DNA from: an uncultured Aminicenantes bacterium
GTDB lineage: Bacteria > Acidobacteriota > Aminicenantia > UBA2199
Direction: 5' to 3'
Length of the DNA stretch: 64,000 bases
Assembly (NCBI GenBank): GCA_965195285.1
Contig: CBDAFS010000030.1
Span: 1 to 64,000, forward strand
Below the pieces are notes generated by a model, which saw nothing but the letters and a program-made list of their open reading frames with translations, ran no database searches and was not told the origin of the DNA. A program made the translations under genes and the position numbers. Below are positions 47,731 through 56,786 of this stretch, piece after piece. How positions within the stretch are numbered: position 1 is the stretch's first letter; every line of letters begins with the position of its first letter.

Positions 47731-50562
47731 ATGCAGGAAACACACTTTCCCCAATGGATTGAAGCCGGATTCCGGACTTATGGTGATGATCCCTGGTTTT
47801 TTCTAAGGGAATTAGCCCAGAACAGCCGGGATGCCGGAGCCAGAACGGTCCGGATATCCGTGGCCTCATCCGACCGGGAGCAGGAGATTTTAGCCTTCCT
47901 GGATGACGGCAGCGGGATGTCCTTTGCCCATGCCCGGAATTTTTTGTTTCGCCTGTATGCCTCCAGCAAAGCCCATGACAAATATTCGGCCGGCATGTAT
48001 GGCATCGGTTTCTGGACCGTTCTGCGATTCCAGCCTGAGTTGATTGTCATCGAATCCAAAACCGGAGATCAATCCTGGTCCATTGAGATCGATTCCCGAT
48101 TCCGGGTCAAAACCACCACCTGCCAATTAAGCCGGAAGGGTACCCGGATCACCCTGATCCGGAAATCCATAAACCAAAACCCGGAACCGTTTACGAAAGT
48201 CGTGAAAGATCGGGCCATTCATTATTGCGGTTATCTGCGTCGCAACAACCATCAGGCCAGCCCCCTGCCCGTATTCTTTGAAGACCGGTGCATTTCCCGC
48301 GAATTCGAATTGCCCCTGGTTATCGGATCTCCTTTCAAAAGGGGACCGGTAGAAGGCCTGGTCGGGTTTGATCATCAACCCCGGGTGATCCTGTACGCCC
48401 GGGGATTGCCGGTATGGGAGGGTACCCGTCTGGATGAGCTCTTTCACCTCCCCCCTGATAAGGAACCGGAATCGGAAATCGGCCCGGGGCTGGCCCCGGT
48501 GTTCTTAATCAACGGAAACCACCTGGATGTAAATATTTCCCGGAAAACCATCATGGAAAACCGGGCCCTGGAGAAAGTTAAAAAAATCGCGGAAAGGGAA
48601 ATGTCCCATTTAATCGACAATTATTCCAACCGGATATTTCACCACAGCTGGCTTCAAAAACTGCGGCTCCGGATTATAAAAATAGGTCAAAAATGGAAAC
48701 CCCGCTTCTGGGTATCCCTGTTCATTTTACTGTTGATCCTGATTCCCCTGGAAATTGTCCTGCTCAAGACCCTGTTGCCATCCAGGGCCGGAACCAACAA
48801 CAGCTCCAGACCGGGGGCCAATGCCTTTCTGAAACCGGAAATCCAATCCTATCCGGGGGCCACTGTATTACCGTTTTCCCGGCCCCAGCCCCTGAACATG
48901 TCCTATTCTCCCCAAACAGATATCTGGTTCAAGGTTTTCACCGCCGGCACCTACCGCCCCAGACAGGGTTTCATCCGCTCTTCAACGCAACCGGTCTTCC
49001 CCCTGGCAACCAACCGGTCCTGTGCGGATAAAAAAATATTGGTTCGCCTGAAAATACCGGGAAGCGGCAGCCTGTTCCTGCCCCGGCCAATCGGCCATGA
49101 CATTCAGCCCGACAGCCTGGTCGTCAACAGGATTCCGGTCCAAGGGGCTAAGATGACTTCCGGAGGTGAAACAATCATCAATCTGTCATTCTCAGACGGG
49201 GAAATCCGCTATTTATGCTGCCCGACAACCGAGAGGGAAGACACATTGCCATCAAGTTCGGGACAATGGACCCGGCTCCCCGTACGGCTGAAGATCCCGG
49301 CCCGGCTCGAAAGGATTCTGGAATCCGCTGCTGAATTAAATCCCGGTCAGAAAATCCAATTAGCCATTAAACTCAGCATCGACAACCTGTCATACGACAC
49401 CTCTCCGGAAACCGCCCGGGCTTATCAGCAAGCCGGGAATGGTTCCGACTGGGTTGAAAAGGTCCTGAACATCGGCAGGGGAGACTGTGATATCATCAAT
49501 GGCCTCACCGTATTGTGGCTGAGGAAGATGGGTATCCCGGCCCGGCTGGTTATCGGGCTGGTCGGCGTTCAGGGCACCATCCAAACCAGCCTGCACGCCT
49601 GGACCGAATACAAACTTCAGGGCTGGCAAATCTTAGATACCTCCCGGCTGACTGCCAGGGCAACCCCGTTGGCAGCGAATCAGTTCCTCCAGGAACCTCC
49701 CGGGCCAAGCACACCGGAAAAATCCCGTTTATGGCTATATCTGCTGCTCTCCATCCTGATCTGCCTGATCCCGGTCTTGTTTTTTGTATTCAAAAAAAAT
49801 CAAAAACCATCAATTCCTCAAGGCCAACAGATGGATGAAATAAAACAGAACCTGGCCAGGATGGCCATCGGCGCCCTGGTCCAGCCCCGGTTATGGGATG
49901 ACCACGCCAGCTTCCGGGAATACCGGATCATTCCCACCGTAAACAATAAGGCCATTTCCCTGAAAAGGGCACTGACCCTGGCTGACCAGGGAAAACTGTT
50001 AGCCGGTGGACCGACCAACCCGCTTTCAACAGAATTCAGTCAACAGGGGCACCCGGTTCTGGACCTGGATGACCGGGCCTTTTCAGGACTGATTCGCTTA
50101 ATCCCCGGCGTGGTTGATCTGAACCTGATCCGGGATTTGAAAGCCAGGGTATTGCCAATACCCGAAGATCCGTCCCTGTCCGGCTTCCTGGAACAGGTCA
50201 ATCAAACCCTGAAAACCATAAAAAGCTCATTGCCGCCCTGCCTGCCCGGCCCCGGGTTGAACCACCAGGAAATGCTTCGGGTCAACTTTCCCGGGCCACC
50301 GGTATCAGCGGGCGGAATCCTGCGGTCATACTGGCCGGGAAACCGAAACCATGTGTCCGGGCTTCCCCGGCAATTCTTAGCCATCAATCCCCAAAGCCAA
50401 CGGATCCGGGACCTGGTCTACCTGTATGCTAAAAACCCTTCCCTGGCCAGGTTCCGGATGATTAAAATGGTCATCAACCAGGCCGGATTGTTAGGGGAGC
50501 AAAAAAAGAAGTTGTTAAGAAAAACCTCGCGCATTCTGCTTCAAGAGGACCTGATCCCATGA
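47731..50562 (+). CDS. GHKL (Hsp90/MutL-like) ATPase fused to a membrane-flanked transglutaminase-like domain
   Basis: RELAQNSRDAG, DDGSGM, GMYGIGF, GT.I; TM helix; GDCD, HAWTEY, WQILD triad; second TM helix; start uncertain. Confidence 0.78.
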   Translation: MQETHFPQWIEAGFRTYGDDPWFFLRELAQNSRDAGARTVRISVASSDREQEILAFLDDGSGMSFAHARNFLFRLYASSKAHDKYSAGMYGIGFWTVLRFQPELIVIESKTGDQSWSIEIDSRFRVKTTTCQLSRKGTRITLIRKSINQNPEPFTKVVKDRAIHYCGYLRRNNHQASPLPVFFEDRCISREFELPLVIGSPFKRGPVEGLVGFDHQPRVILYARGLPVWEGTRLDELFHLPPDKEPESEIGPGLAPVFLINGNHLDVNISRKTIMENRALEKVKKIAEREMSHLIDNYSNRIFHHSWLQKLRLRIIKIGQKWKPRFWVSLFILLLILIPLEIVLLKTLLPSRAGTNNSSRPGANAFLKPEIQSYPGATVLPFSRPQPLNMSYSPQTDIWFKVFTAGTYRPRQGFIRSSTQPVFPLATNRSCADKKILVRLKIPGSGSLFLPRPIGHDIQPDSLVVNRIPVQGAKMTSGGETIINLSFSDGEIRYLCCPTTEREDTLPSSSGQWTRLPVRLKIPARLERILESAAELNPGQKIQLAIKLSIDNLSYDTSPETARAYQQAGNGSDWVEKVLNIGRGDCDIINGLTVLWLRKMGIPARLVIGLVGVQGTIQTSLHAWTEYKLQGWQILDTSRLTARATPLAANQFLQEPPGPSTPEKSRLWLYLLLSILICLIPVLFFVFKKNQKPSIPQGQQMDEIKQNLARMAIGALVQPRLWDDHASFREYRIIPTVNNKAISLKRALTLADQGKLLAGGPTNPLSTEFSQQGHPVLDLDDRAFSGLIRLIPGVVDLNLIRDLKARVLPIPEDPSLSGFLEQVNQTLKTIKSSLPPCLPGPGLNHQEMLRVNFPGPPVSAGGILRSYWPGNRNHVSGLPRQFLAINPQSQRIRDLVYLYAKNPSLARFRMIKMVINQAGLLGEQKKKLLRKTSRILLQEDLIP

Positions 50563-52064
50563 ATCCTGAGAATCTCTTTTCCATAGATGTGGATGCCCAT
50601 TTGGAAAAATTGACCCGCCATACCTATCGCTCCCGCTCCCATTACCCGGTGGAATTGGTTCGTCTGGCCCTGATGAGGGGAGCCTCTCAGATCTCTGTCA
50701 ACCTGAATGACAGCCAGGTAGAAATCCGGGACAATGGAACCGGCATCGAAGACACCCTTATCCATGAATTGAAATCCCTGATGCAAGCCTCTCATGCCGA
50801 TGATATCAGGGAACAAGCCATGCTCGACCTGCAAAACTCCGAAGGCATCGGTTTATTGGCCATGTTTTCGCCCTCTCCCTTCCGGATTATCATAAAAAAT
50901 TCAACTCCGAACCATGGGCATTACTTAGATTTTCAGGAAGGCAAGCTCCGAGAATTTTCCAGACACAACTCCGGAGCCGGCACCGAGCCTTTTGTTCCGG
51001 GTACCCGCATCCTTCTGTACCGAAAGGGCCAATCCAGGGAACTGGAAATCAAAATCCTGAAGGAATACTGCCGGGGAGTTGTACGGAGCATTCTGCTGAA
51101 CGGACAACCCATCAGTCAACAGGCCATCATCCGCAACCAGCTGGCCTGGTTGAGATTCGATCACTATATCAATGAAGGAATGGGAGAAGTCGGAATCCCC
51201 AAACGGGGAGATGTCTGCAGAATCTGGATGTTAAGCCAGGGAATTCCCCTGACCAGAAAAATCATTGCCCCCTGGCGAGGATTCGTATTTGATGCGGCCA
51301 TCGAGTACAGCGATGACCTGACCACAGAACTGCTGGACCGCCTATTAACCGAAGTCAGGAGCCTTTACCAACATTTAATAACCAAATACCCGAAACTCCC
51401 TGCACTGACCGGGCAACGGATTGAGGAATTGATATTCAAGCACCACCGGCTGAGCGGAGATTCAACCCTGGTGGAAAAATTAGCTGTGTTCCCGGCCTTG
51501 AATTCACCCTGCCTGTTGACCCTGCCCCAATTAAGAGAATTAGCCATTGATAGCAGATTATTGGCCATTCCGCCCGATGCCCCGGCATCCGAATATCAGG
51601 ACATTGAAAAAACCATACTCCGACTGAGTCAGCAGCAAGCCGATTATCTGGTTAACCATGTCAGTATCCCCATTCGTTTTCTGCCAATGACCAGCCGGCA
51701 TTCCCGGATGAGAAGCTGGATCTCAAGGATGATGGCCAAATGGAAATCAACATACAGGCGAATTACCCGGGGAAAAAATAAAATCCTCCCCCCGGATCAA
51801 CTGTCAGACCGGGAGAAAAATTTCAGCATGGCCTTATCCCAATACCTGAACCGGAAGACCTCTGATTTTAACACACCGCTGATCCAAGAATCCGGTTTTA
51901 TCAATGGATGGGGCCGGGTACCCGGGTGGCTGTTGATCGATGAGACCGGGTTGGAACCATCACGGCTGGTCATCCGGCGAAAACATGCATTAGTCAGAAA
52001 AGCAGTGGAGTCGGTTTTCCAAAACCCGAACAATATTGAATATATCGGCCCCTTATTCCAGTGA
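50559..52064 (+). CDS. Degenerate GHKL ATPase-domain protein
   Basis: ELVRLAL..GA, IRDNGTGI, GIGLL, GT.I; ATGA overlap with the upstream gene. Confidence 0.65.
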   Translation: MNPENLFSIDVDAHLEKLTRHTYRSRSHYPVELVRLALMRGASQISVNLNDSQVEIRDNGTGIEDTLIHELKSLMQASHADDIREQAMLDLQNSEGIGLLAMFSPSPFRIIIKNSTPNHGHYLDFQEGKLREFSRHNSGAGTEPFVPGTRILLYRKGQSRELEIKILKEYCRGVVRSILLNGQPISQQAIIRNQLAWLRFDHYINEGMGEVGIPKRGDVCRIWMLSQGIPLTRKIIAPWRGFVFDAAIEYSDDLTTELLDRLLTEVRSLYQHLITKYPKLPALTGQRIEELIFKHHRLSGDSTLVEKLAVFPALNSPCLLTLPQLRELAIDSRLLAIPPDAPASEYQDIEKTILRLSQQQADYLVNHVSIPIRFLPMTSRHSRMRSWISRMMAKWKSTYRRITRGKNKILPPDQLSDREKNFSMALSQYLNRKTSDFNTPLIQESGFINGWGRVPGWLLIDETGLEPSRLVIRRKHALVRKAVESVFQNPNNIEYIGPLFQ

Positions 52065-53606
52065 ACGCACCGGCCGGATAAAATTTTCCAGATCAAACGG
52101 ACAGCCTAACATATAGCCCTCATCAAACCGCACCACCCAGGCCCCGTTTATGCCGTATTGATTACTGGTCCAGATATTTTTCTGTGTTCTGGAAAATATA
52201 TTATCAATATGAAGTGAATCCTCTCGATTGGCACTGGTGAGCAACGAGGCTGCCTCTTTGAGGGTGGGCAGGCGCCAGTCTCCAAAACCGGCAAATTTTT
52301 GCCGGTTAAACCATTCCACCCAGCCTTTGACCCGCTCATGTTTCATGGGCCGGATGGAACCGGAATAATACCACATTAATCCGGTGGTCGTATCCACAAT
52401 AACCATTCGTTTTCCGATGATTTTTTTCTCGAACTGATTGTTGAAACGCCCGTATCTGTTCCAGATCCGGTCATAGAAATTATTCCTTTTGATCATGGAT
52501 TTAACCGAATCCGAATCCAGTATCCGAGGATCAGAACCAACCCGTATATATTTAAGGGCAATTACCACGGCCAGGGCCAGCACCATGAAAAAAAATATGG
52601 TTTTTACCATCAATCTTATTTTCTGTCCCCTGGACTTTTTTTTATTCGATTTCAGACTGGAATCGACTTTCCTGGGAATGGATTTTGAAGACCGGGTTAA
52701 CGTTGATGGGGTCAATGGGAGTGAAATCTCCTTGGTTTGATCGGAAATCTTAATTGCTTTCCGCATTTTGGATTTTCCGGGACGGGTTTCCGAAACCATC
52801 CGGGCATCCAGCAGTGGCTTCAACAATCCGTTCAGGGCTTCTTCGGTGCGAACCCGTTTGCGCCGGTCCTTTTCCATGAGCCGGTTGATCAGGGGCTGAT
52901 ACTTTTTTAAATTCGAGGGCAAGCGGGGAATGGGTTGTTCGATATGCTTGAGAATGACCCCCAGGGTATTTTCCGCATCATAGGGGACCTTTCCGGTCAG
53001 CAACTCATAAAGGACAACCCCCAGACTGTAAATATCGCTGCGGCCATCAACCCTTTCTCCTTTTGCCTGCTCGGGACTGATATAACTGGGGGTCCCGATG
53101 GACATGCCGGTTTTGGTCAATTTGGTCGAGGCATTGATGGGGCTGGCAATGCCAAAATCCAGAACCACCGGAGTGCCGTCTTTACGAAACATGATGTTAT
53201 CCGGCTTTATATCCCGATGAATAAAACCCATGCGGTGGGCATAAAACAGGGACCCGGCAATTTGCTTGATGAGTAACAGCGATTCTTCGGGTTTGCCACG
53301 GCGATAAGCCTTTAACCGTTCCTTCAAACTCTCCTGAAGGTATTCCATGACAATGTAGTAACTATCCCCGGTTTTGCCCACATCATAGACCGTAATGATA
53401 TTGGGATGCACCAGTTTGGAAAGGGTATGGGCCTCGCGTTTGAACCGCTTTAGAAAAAGTGAGTCCCGGAAAATCGAGGGGATCAGAATCTTGATGGCCA
53501 CCATCCGGTTCAGATTTTTTTGAACCGCCAGGTACACATCGGCCATGCCTCCGCGCCCTAATAATTTCATAAATTTATATCCGGGAATTTCAGGAAATTT
53601 CGGCAT
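52053..53606 (-). CDS. Hanks-type Ser/Thr protein kinase with TM helix and C-terminal DUF1566 domain
   Basis: LGRGGMA.V, VAIK, HRDIKPDN, DFG, GTP.Y.SPEQ; D..TGLMW, DWRLPT..E, RPVR; start likely ATG 53606. Confidence 0.93.
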   Translation of the reverse strand: MPKFPEIPGYKFMKLLGRGGMADVYLAVQKNLNRMVAIKILIPSIFRDSLFLKRFKREAHTLSKLVHPNIITVYDVGKTGDSYYIVMEYLQESLKERLKAYRRGKPEESLLLIKQIAGSLFYAHRMGFIHRDIKPDNIMFRKDGTPVVLDFGIASPINASTKLTKTGMSIGTPSYISPEQAKGERVDGRSDIYSLGVVLYELLTGKVPYDAENTLGVILKHIEQPIPRLPSNLKKYQPLINRLMEKDRRKRVRTEEALNGLLKPLLDARMVSETRPGKSKMRKAIKISDQTKEISLPLTPSTLTRSSKSIPRKVDSSLKSNKKKSRGQKIRLMVKTIFFFMVLALAVVIALKYIRVGSDPRILDSDSVKSMIKRNNFYDRIWNRYGRFNNQFEKKIIGKRMVIVDTTTGLMWYYSGSIRPMKHERVKGWVEWFNRQKFAGFGDWRLPTLKEAASLLTSANREDSLHIDNIFSRTQKNIWTSNQYGINGAWVVRFDEGYMLGCPFDLENFIRPVRSLE

Positions 53607-53900
53607 TTTATTGCTCTTGAACAACGATTGTATAATCAATACTATATATTTTTCAAGAAAAAGTCAACCTGAAGGAAACGCTATAATCAATTATTAAAAT
53701 GCCGGGAGATGTTATTCGTTCACCATTGCGGGTATGACCATCAACATATTCTTATTCTATAAATGCGTCGCAATGACGGCCGCCTCACCAGTAGTGCACG
53801 TCAACAGCTCCACATTTATTGACGCAGAAGAATATGCGATGGTGCCCATCCCCTCCATTTGCGTTCCTTCACAACATCTGCCGGCATTCTCAAATTTGAA

Positions 53901-54091
53901 TAACAACCGTTCATGATCGAGCGAACCTCAGGGAGGTAATTGGGCACCGGCGAGAACGAGTCGAATGGTCCTCTCTTCAGTGGAAAAAATGTCTCTGTCT
54001 GAGGCCGAAGGCCGAGTTGGACATTTTTAATGAGACGAGTTCGTATTCCGGTCAATTATCGGACGGGTGAGCGAGACATGAACTGTTGTTA
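53901..54091. other. 191-bp long imperfect palindrome (MITE-like element or structured RNA)
   Basis: Terminal 15-bp inverted repeat with one mismatch, nested stems, apical GGCC-GAA-GGCC. Confidence 0.7.
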
Positions 54092-54194
54092 CTATGGTAC
54101 GTGTGGTGATCGAACCACACCACCTGGTATTAATGCATCACAAGAGTAGAAAAAATCACCTGTTTTATTGTATAATGAATTCTTTAAAAAACCG

Positions 54195-55697
54195 ATGTCT
54201 ATCCTGAGCTTCGAATTTATTTTTTTCTTTGCCCTTGTAATCATTAGCTATTATCTTGTTCCTATTCGTTGGAGATGGGTGCATCTCCTCTTATCCAGCA
54301 TATTTTTTTATGGATTAATCAGCCTGCCTTACCTTTTTCTGGTTATCATTTTAACCGTCATTGATTTTTTCATAGCCAAAGGTTTTGTTCTGGAAAAATT
54401 CAAAAACAGAAAAAAAATACTTCTTATCTCCGGGCTTGGTGCCAACATACTGATTCTATTCTTTTTCAAGGCTCTGAACCCGATTTACACCGGGCTGGTC
54501 CGGCTTTTGCACAGTCCGGACCTGAAAACCGTCTCCCCTCTGTTCAACCTGATCTTGCCCCTGGGAATCTCCTACTATATTTTCAAGAAACTGAGCTATT
54601 TAATAGATACTTACCGGGGAAAACACTCCCCGGAAAGAAATTACGCCAAACTGCTGCTCTATGTGATCTTTTTTCCCGAAATCACAGCCGGGCCCATTGA
54701 TCGGGCCGGCACCCTGATTCCCCAGTTCGGCAGTACCCGGGATTTTGATCGCCAGCAGATTCTCCGGGGCATTCAGCTCATCTTATGGGGGATGTTTAAA
54801 AAACTGATTATTGCCGACCGGCTGGCCGGCCTGGTCAACCCGATTTTCAACCAGCCGGATCATTTCGGCGCCGGATACCTGGCCCTGGCCACCCTGGGTT
54901 TTTCCATTCAGATTTACTGTGATTTTTCCGGATACACCGATATGGCCATCGGTATCGGCCATACCCTGGGCTACTCGCTCACGGATAATTTTGACCGCCC
55001 CTATTTCTCCCGATCCATAGTTGAATTCTGGAAACGCTGGCATATATCACTGTCCAAATGGCTGCAGGATTACCTTTTTTTACCACTAGCCTATTATGCC
55101 TCCCGGAAGTTAAAAAGTGAAACGGTTTTTAAAATCAAATCCGACCTGCTGGCCTATGGCTTCGGGGTGATAGTAACCATGTCTTTGTGCGGATTGTGGC
55201 ACGGGTTTAGTTTTACTTTCTTATTCTGGGGTTTTCTTCACGGGTTTTTTCTGGCCCTGTCCTTCTTTACCCGAAAACCCAGAAGAAAAATCCGGAAATT
55301 TCTGAAATTAAAACAATTCCCCGTGCTGGACCGTTTCATTCAAACCTCACTGACCTTTTCCCTGGTCTCCTTTGCCTGGATTTTCTTCCGGGCCAATTCC
55401 CTGTCCGAGGGGTTTGAAATTGTGGGCCGTATTTTTCTGGGTAGCGGAGCCGGGAGAGACAGCAGCCGTCTTTTAACCCTTTCATCAACCGGATTCTCTC
55501 CCATAGATTTTTTGATCGCAACAGTAGCCATCCTGTTCTTGCTGCTGATCGAATGGTTTCTCCCTATAGTGAAATTCGGGAAACGGATCCGAACCGCTCC
55601 CATCTGGCAGCGCTGGCTCATCTATTATGCAGTCATATTCATTATCCTGTTTTTTGGGGTATTCGAATCTGATATTTTCATATACGAGGGTTTTTAA
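54195..55697 (+). CDS. MBOAT O-acyltransferase (AlgI/PatA-like)
   Basis: LPLGISYY.F, AGPI.R, IYCDFSGYTDMAIG, EFWKRWHISLS.W, GLWHG; start likely ATG 54195. Confidence 0.93.
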   Translation: MSILSFEFIFFFALVIISYYLVPIRWRWVHLLLSSIFFYGLISLPYLFLVIILTVIDFFIAKGFVLEKFKNRKKILLISGLGANILILFFFKALNPIYTGLVRLLHSPDLKTVSPLFNLILPLGISYYIFKKLSYLIDTYRGKHSPERNYAKLLLYVIFFPEITAGPIDRAGTLIPQFGSTRDFDRQQILRGIQLILWGMFKKLIIADRLAGLVNPIFNQPDHFGAGYLALATLGFSIQIYCDFSGYTDMAIGIGHTLGYSLTDNFDRPYFSRSIVEFWKRWHISLSKWLQDYLFLPLAYYASRKLKSETVFKIKSDLLAYGFGVIVTMSLCGLWHGFSFTFLFWGFLHGFFLALSFFTRKPRRKIRKFLKLKQFPVLDRFIQTSLTFSLVSFAWIFFRANSLSEGFEIVGRIFLGSGAGRDSSRLLTLSSTGFSPIDFLIATVAILFLLLIEWFLPIVKFGKRIRTAPIWQRWLIYYAVIFIILFFGVFESDIFIYEGF

Positions 55698-56642
55698 ATG
55701 AAATACCGCCAGAAGGTCATGTCCCTTTTACTATTGGTATTATTCCTGATTCCCCTGTTAGGAATATCCCTGTACCTGACTCACCTGAACATCCGCATAC
55801 AATATCCGGACAGGGCAACCATTCCCGAAGACACGGAAATACTGATCCTGGGCGATTCCCACACGGTCTTTGCCCTGGATCCAGTTCTTATCGGTAAAGT
55901 CTTCAACTTCGGCAGTTCCGGGGAAAGTTATATCCACAATTACTACAAACTGAAATTTGCCCTGAAGCGAAACCACTCACTGAAAGCGGTCATCCTGCCC
56001 CTGGATCTTCACTCTTTCAGTGATTTCAGAAAAGACCGCATCCATTTCAACTTGAATTGGCTCCGCACCCTCGATTACCCGGAATTGGGACGGATAAAAA
56101 AACAGACGCTGTCCTATCTGATCAAATATCTGAATTTGAGGTTTTTTAGCTTCAAGGGCCGCTACCGGCAATTCGGGGATGCGCTGCTAAATCGCGGCCT
56201 CACCCGGAAAATCAATCAGGAGGAACCGGGTTTTGTGGCCCGGGAGGGTTATTTCTTTCACAACCGGGAGGAAAAGGCTAAAAAAAGGGCCAGCCGGCAA
56301 CTCAAGGGTTTTGATCCTTTCAGCCCGGAAATGGTCTTGTTTTTCAAACGTATCCTGAAGGAATGTCAGGATCGGCAACTCCGGGTGATCCTGCTCAAGT
56401 TACCCATCACCGAGGACTATTACAAACAGGCCGGGAAGCTGATCGATATTCCCCGGCTTGATACCCGGGTACAACAGCTGGTCCGGAATTTAATCCGCGT
56501 ATGTATCTTTGATTTCCAAAAAATCTACTTTAAAAATGAAGCCGGTTTATTCTGGGATCCCCAGCACCTCAATAAAATCGGAGCCCGGGATATATCCGTT
56601 CGCATTCATAACCGCCTGATCAGACAGGGCATCATCGACTGA
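55698..56642 (+). CDS. SGNH-like membrane-anchored protein, MBOAT partner
   Basis: N-terminal TM, ILGDSH, D..HLN..GA. Confidence 0.72.
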   Translation: MKYRQKVMSLLLLVLFLIPLLGISLYLTHLNIRIQYPDRATIPEDTEILILGDSHTVFALDPVLIGKVFNFGSSGESYIHNYYKLKFALKRNHSLKAVILPLDLHSFSDFRKDRIHFNLNWLRTLDYPELGRIKKQTLSYLIKYLNLRFFSFKGRYRQFGDALLNRGLTRKINQEEPGFVAREGYFFHNREEKAKKRASRQLKGFDPFSPEMVLFFKRILKECQDRQLRVILLKLPITEDYYKQAGKLIDIPRLDTRVQQLVRNLIRVCIFDFQKIYFKNEAGLFWDPQHLNKIGARDISVRIHNRLIRQGIID

Positions 56643-56689
56643 ATTGCAAAAAATTCCGGTAAATATCCCAGTTTAGTCGATTTACAGTA

Positions 56690-56718
56690 TTGACAAAACG
56701 GATTATTTTTCTTAGTAT
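56690..56718 (+). promoter_or_regulatory. Sigma70 promoter of the acyl-CoA operon
   Basis: TTGACA-17 nt-TAGTAT. Confidence 0.65.
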
Positions 56719-56786
56719 ATAAAATAATGAGTATTGCTTTTTACTTCCGCCAAAAATAATCATCAAAGATAAGTGAGGTAAACCAT

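Noticed and set aside
53734-54055. Short ORFs 53734..53916 and 53816..54055
   Set aside because: No recognisable motifs; they overlap the palindromic elements
53901-54091. Integron attC site
   Set aside because: TAAC...GTTA ends are suggestive, but core sites deviate from RYYYAAC/GTTRRRY, it is longer than typical attC, and there is no cassette ORF or integrase; kept only as an unexplained palindrome
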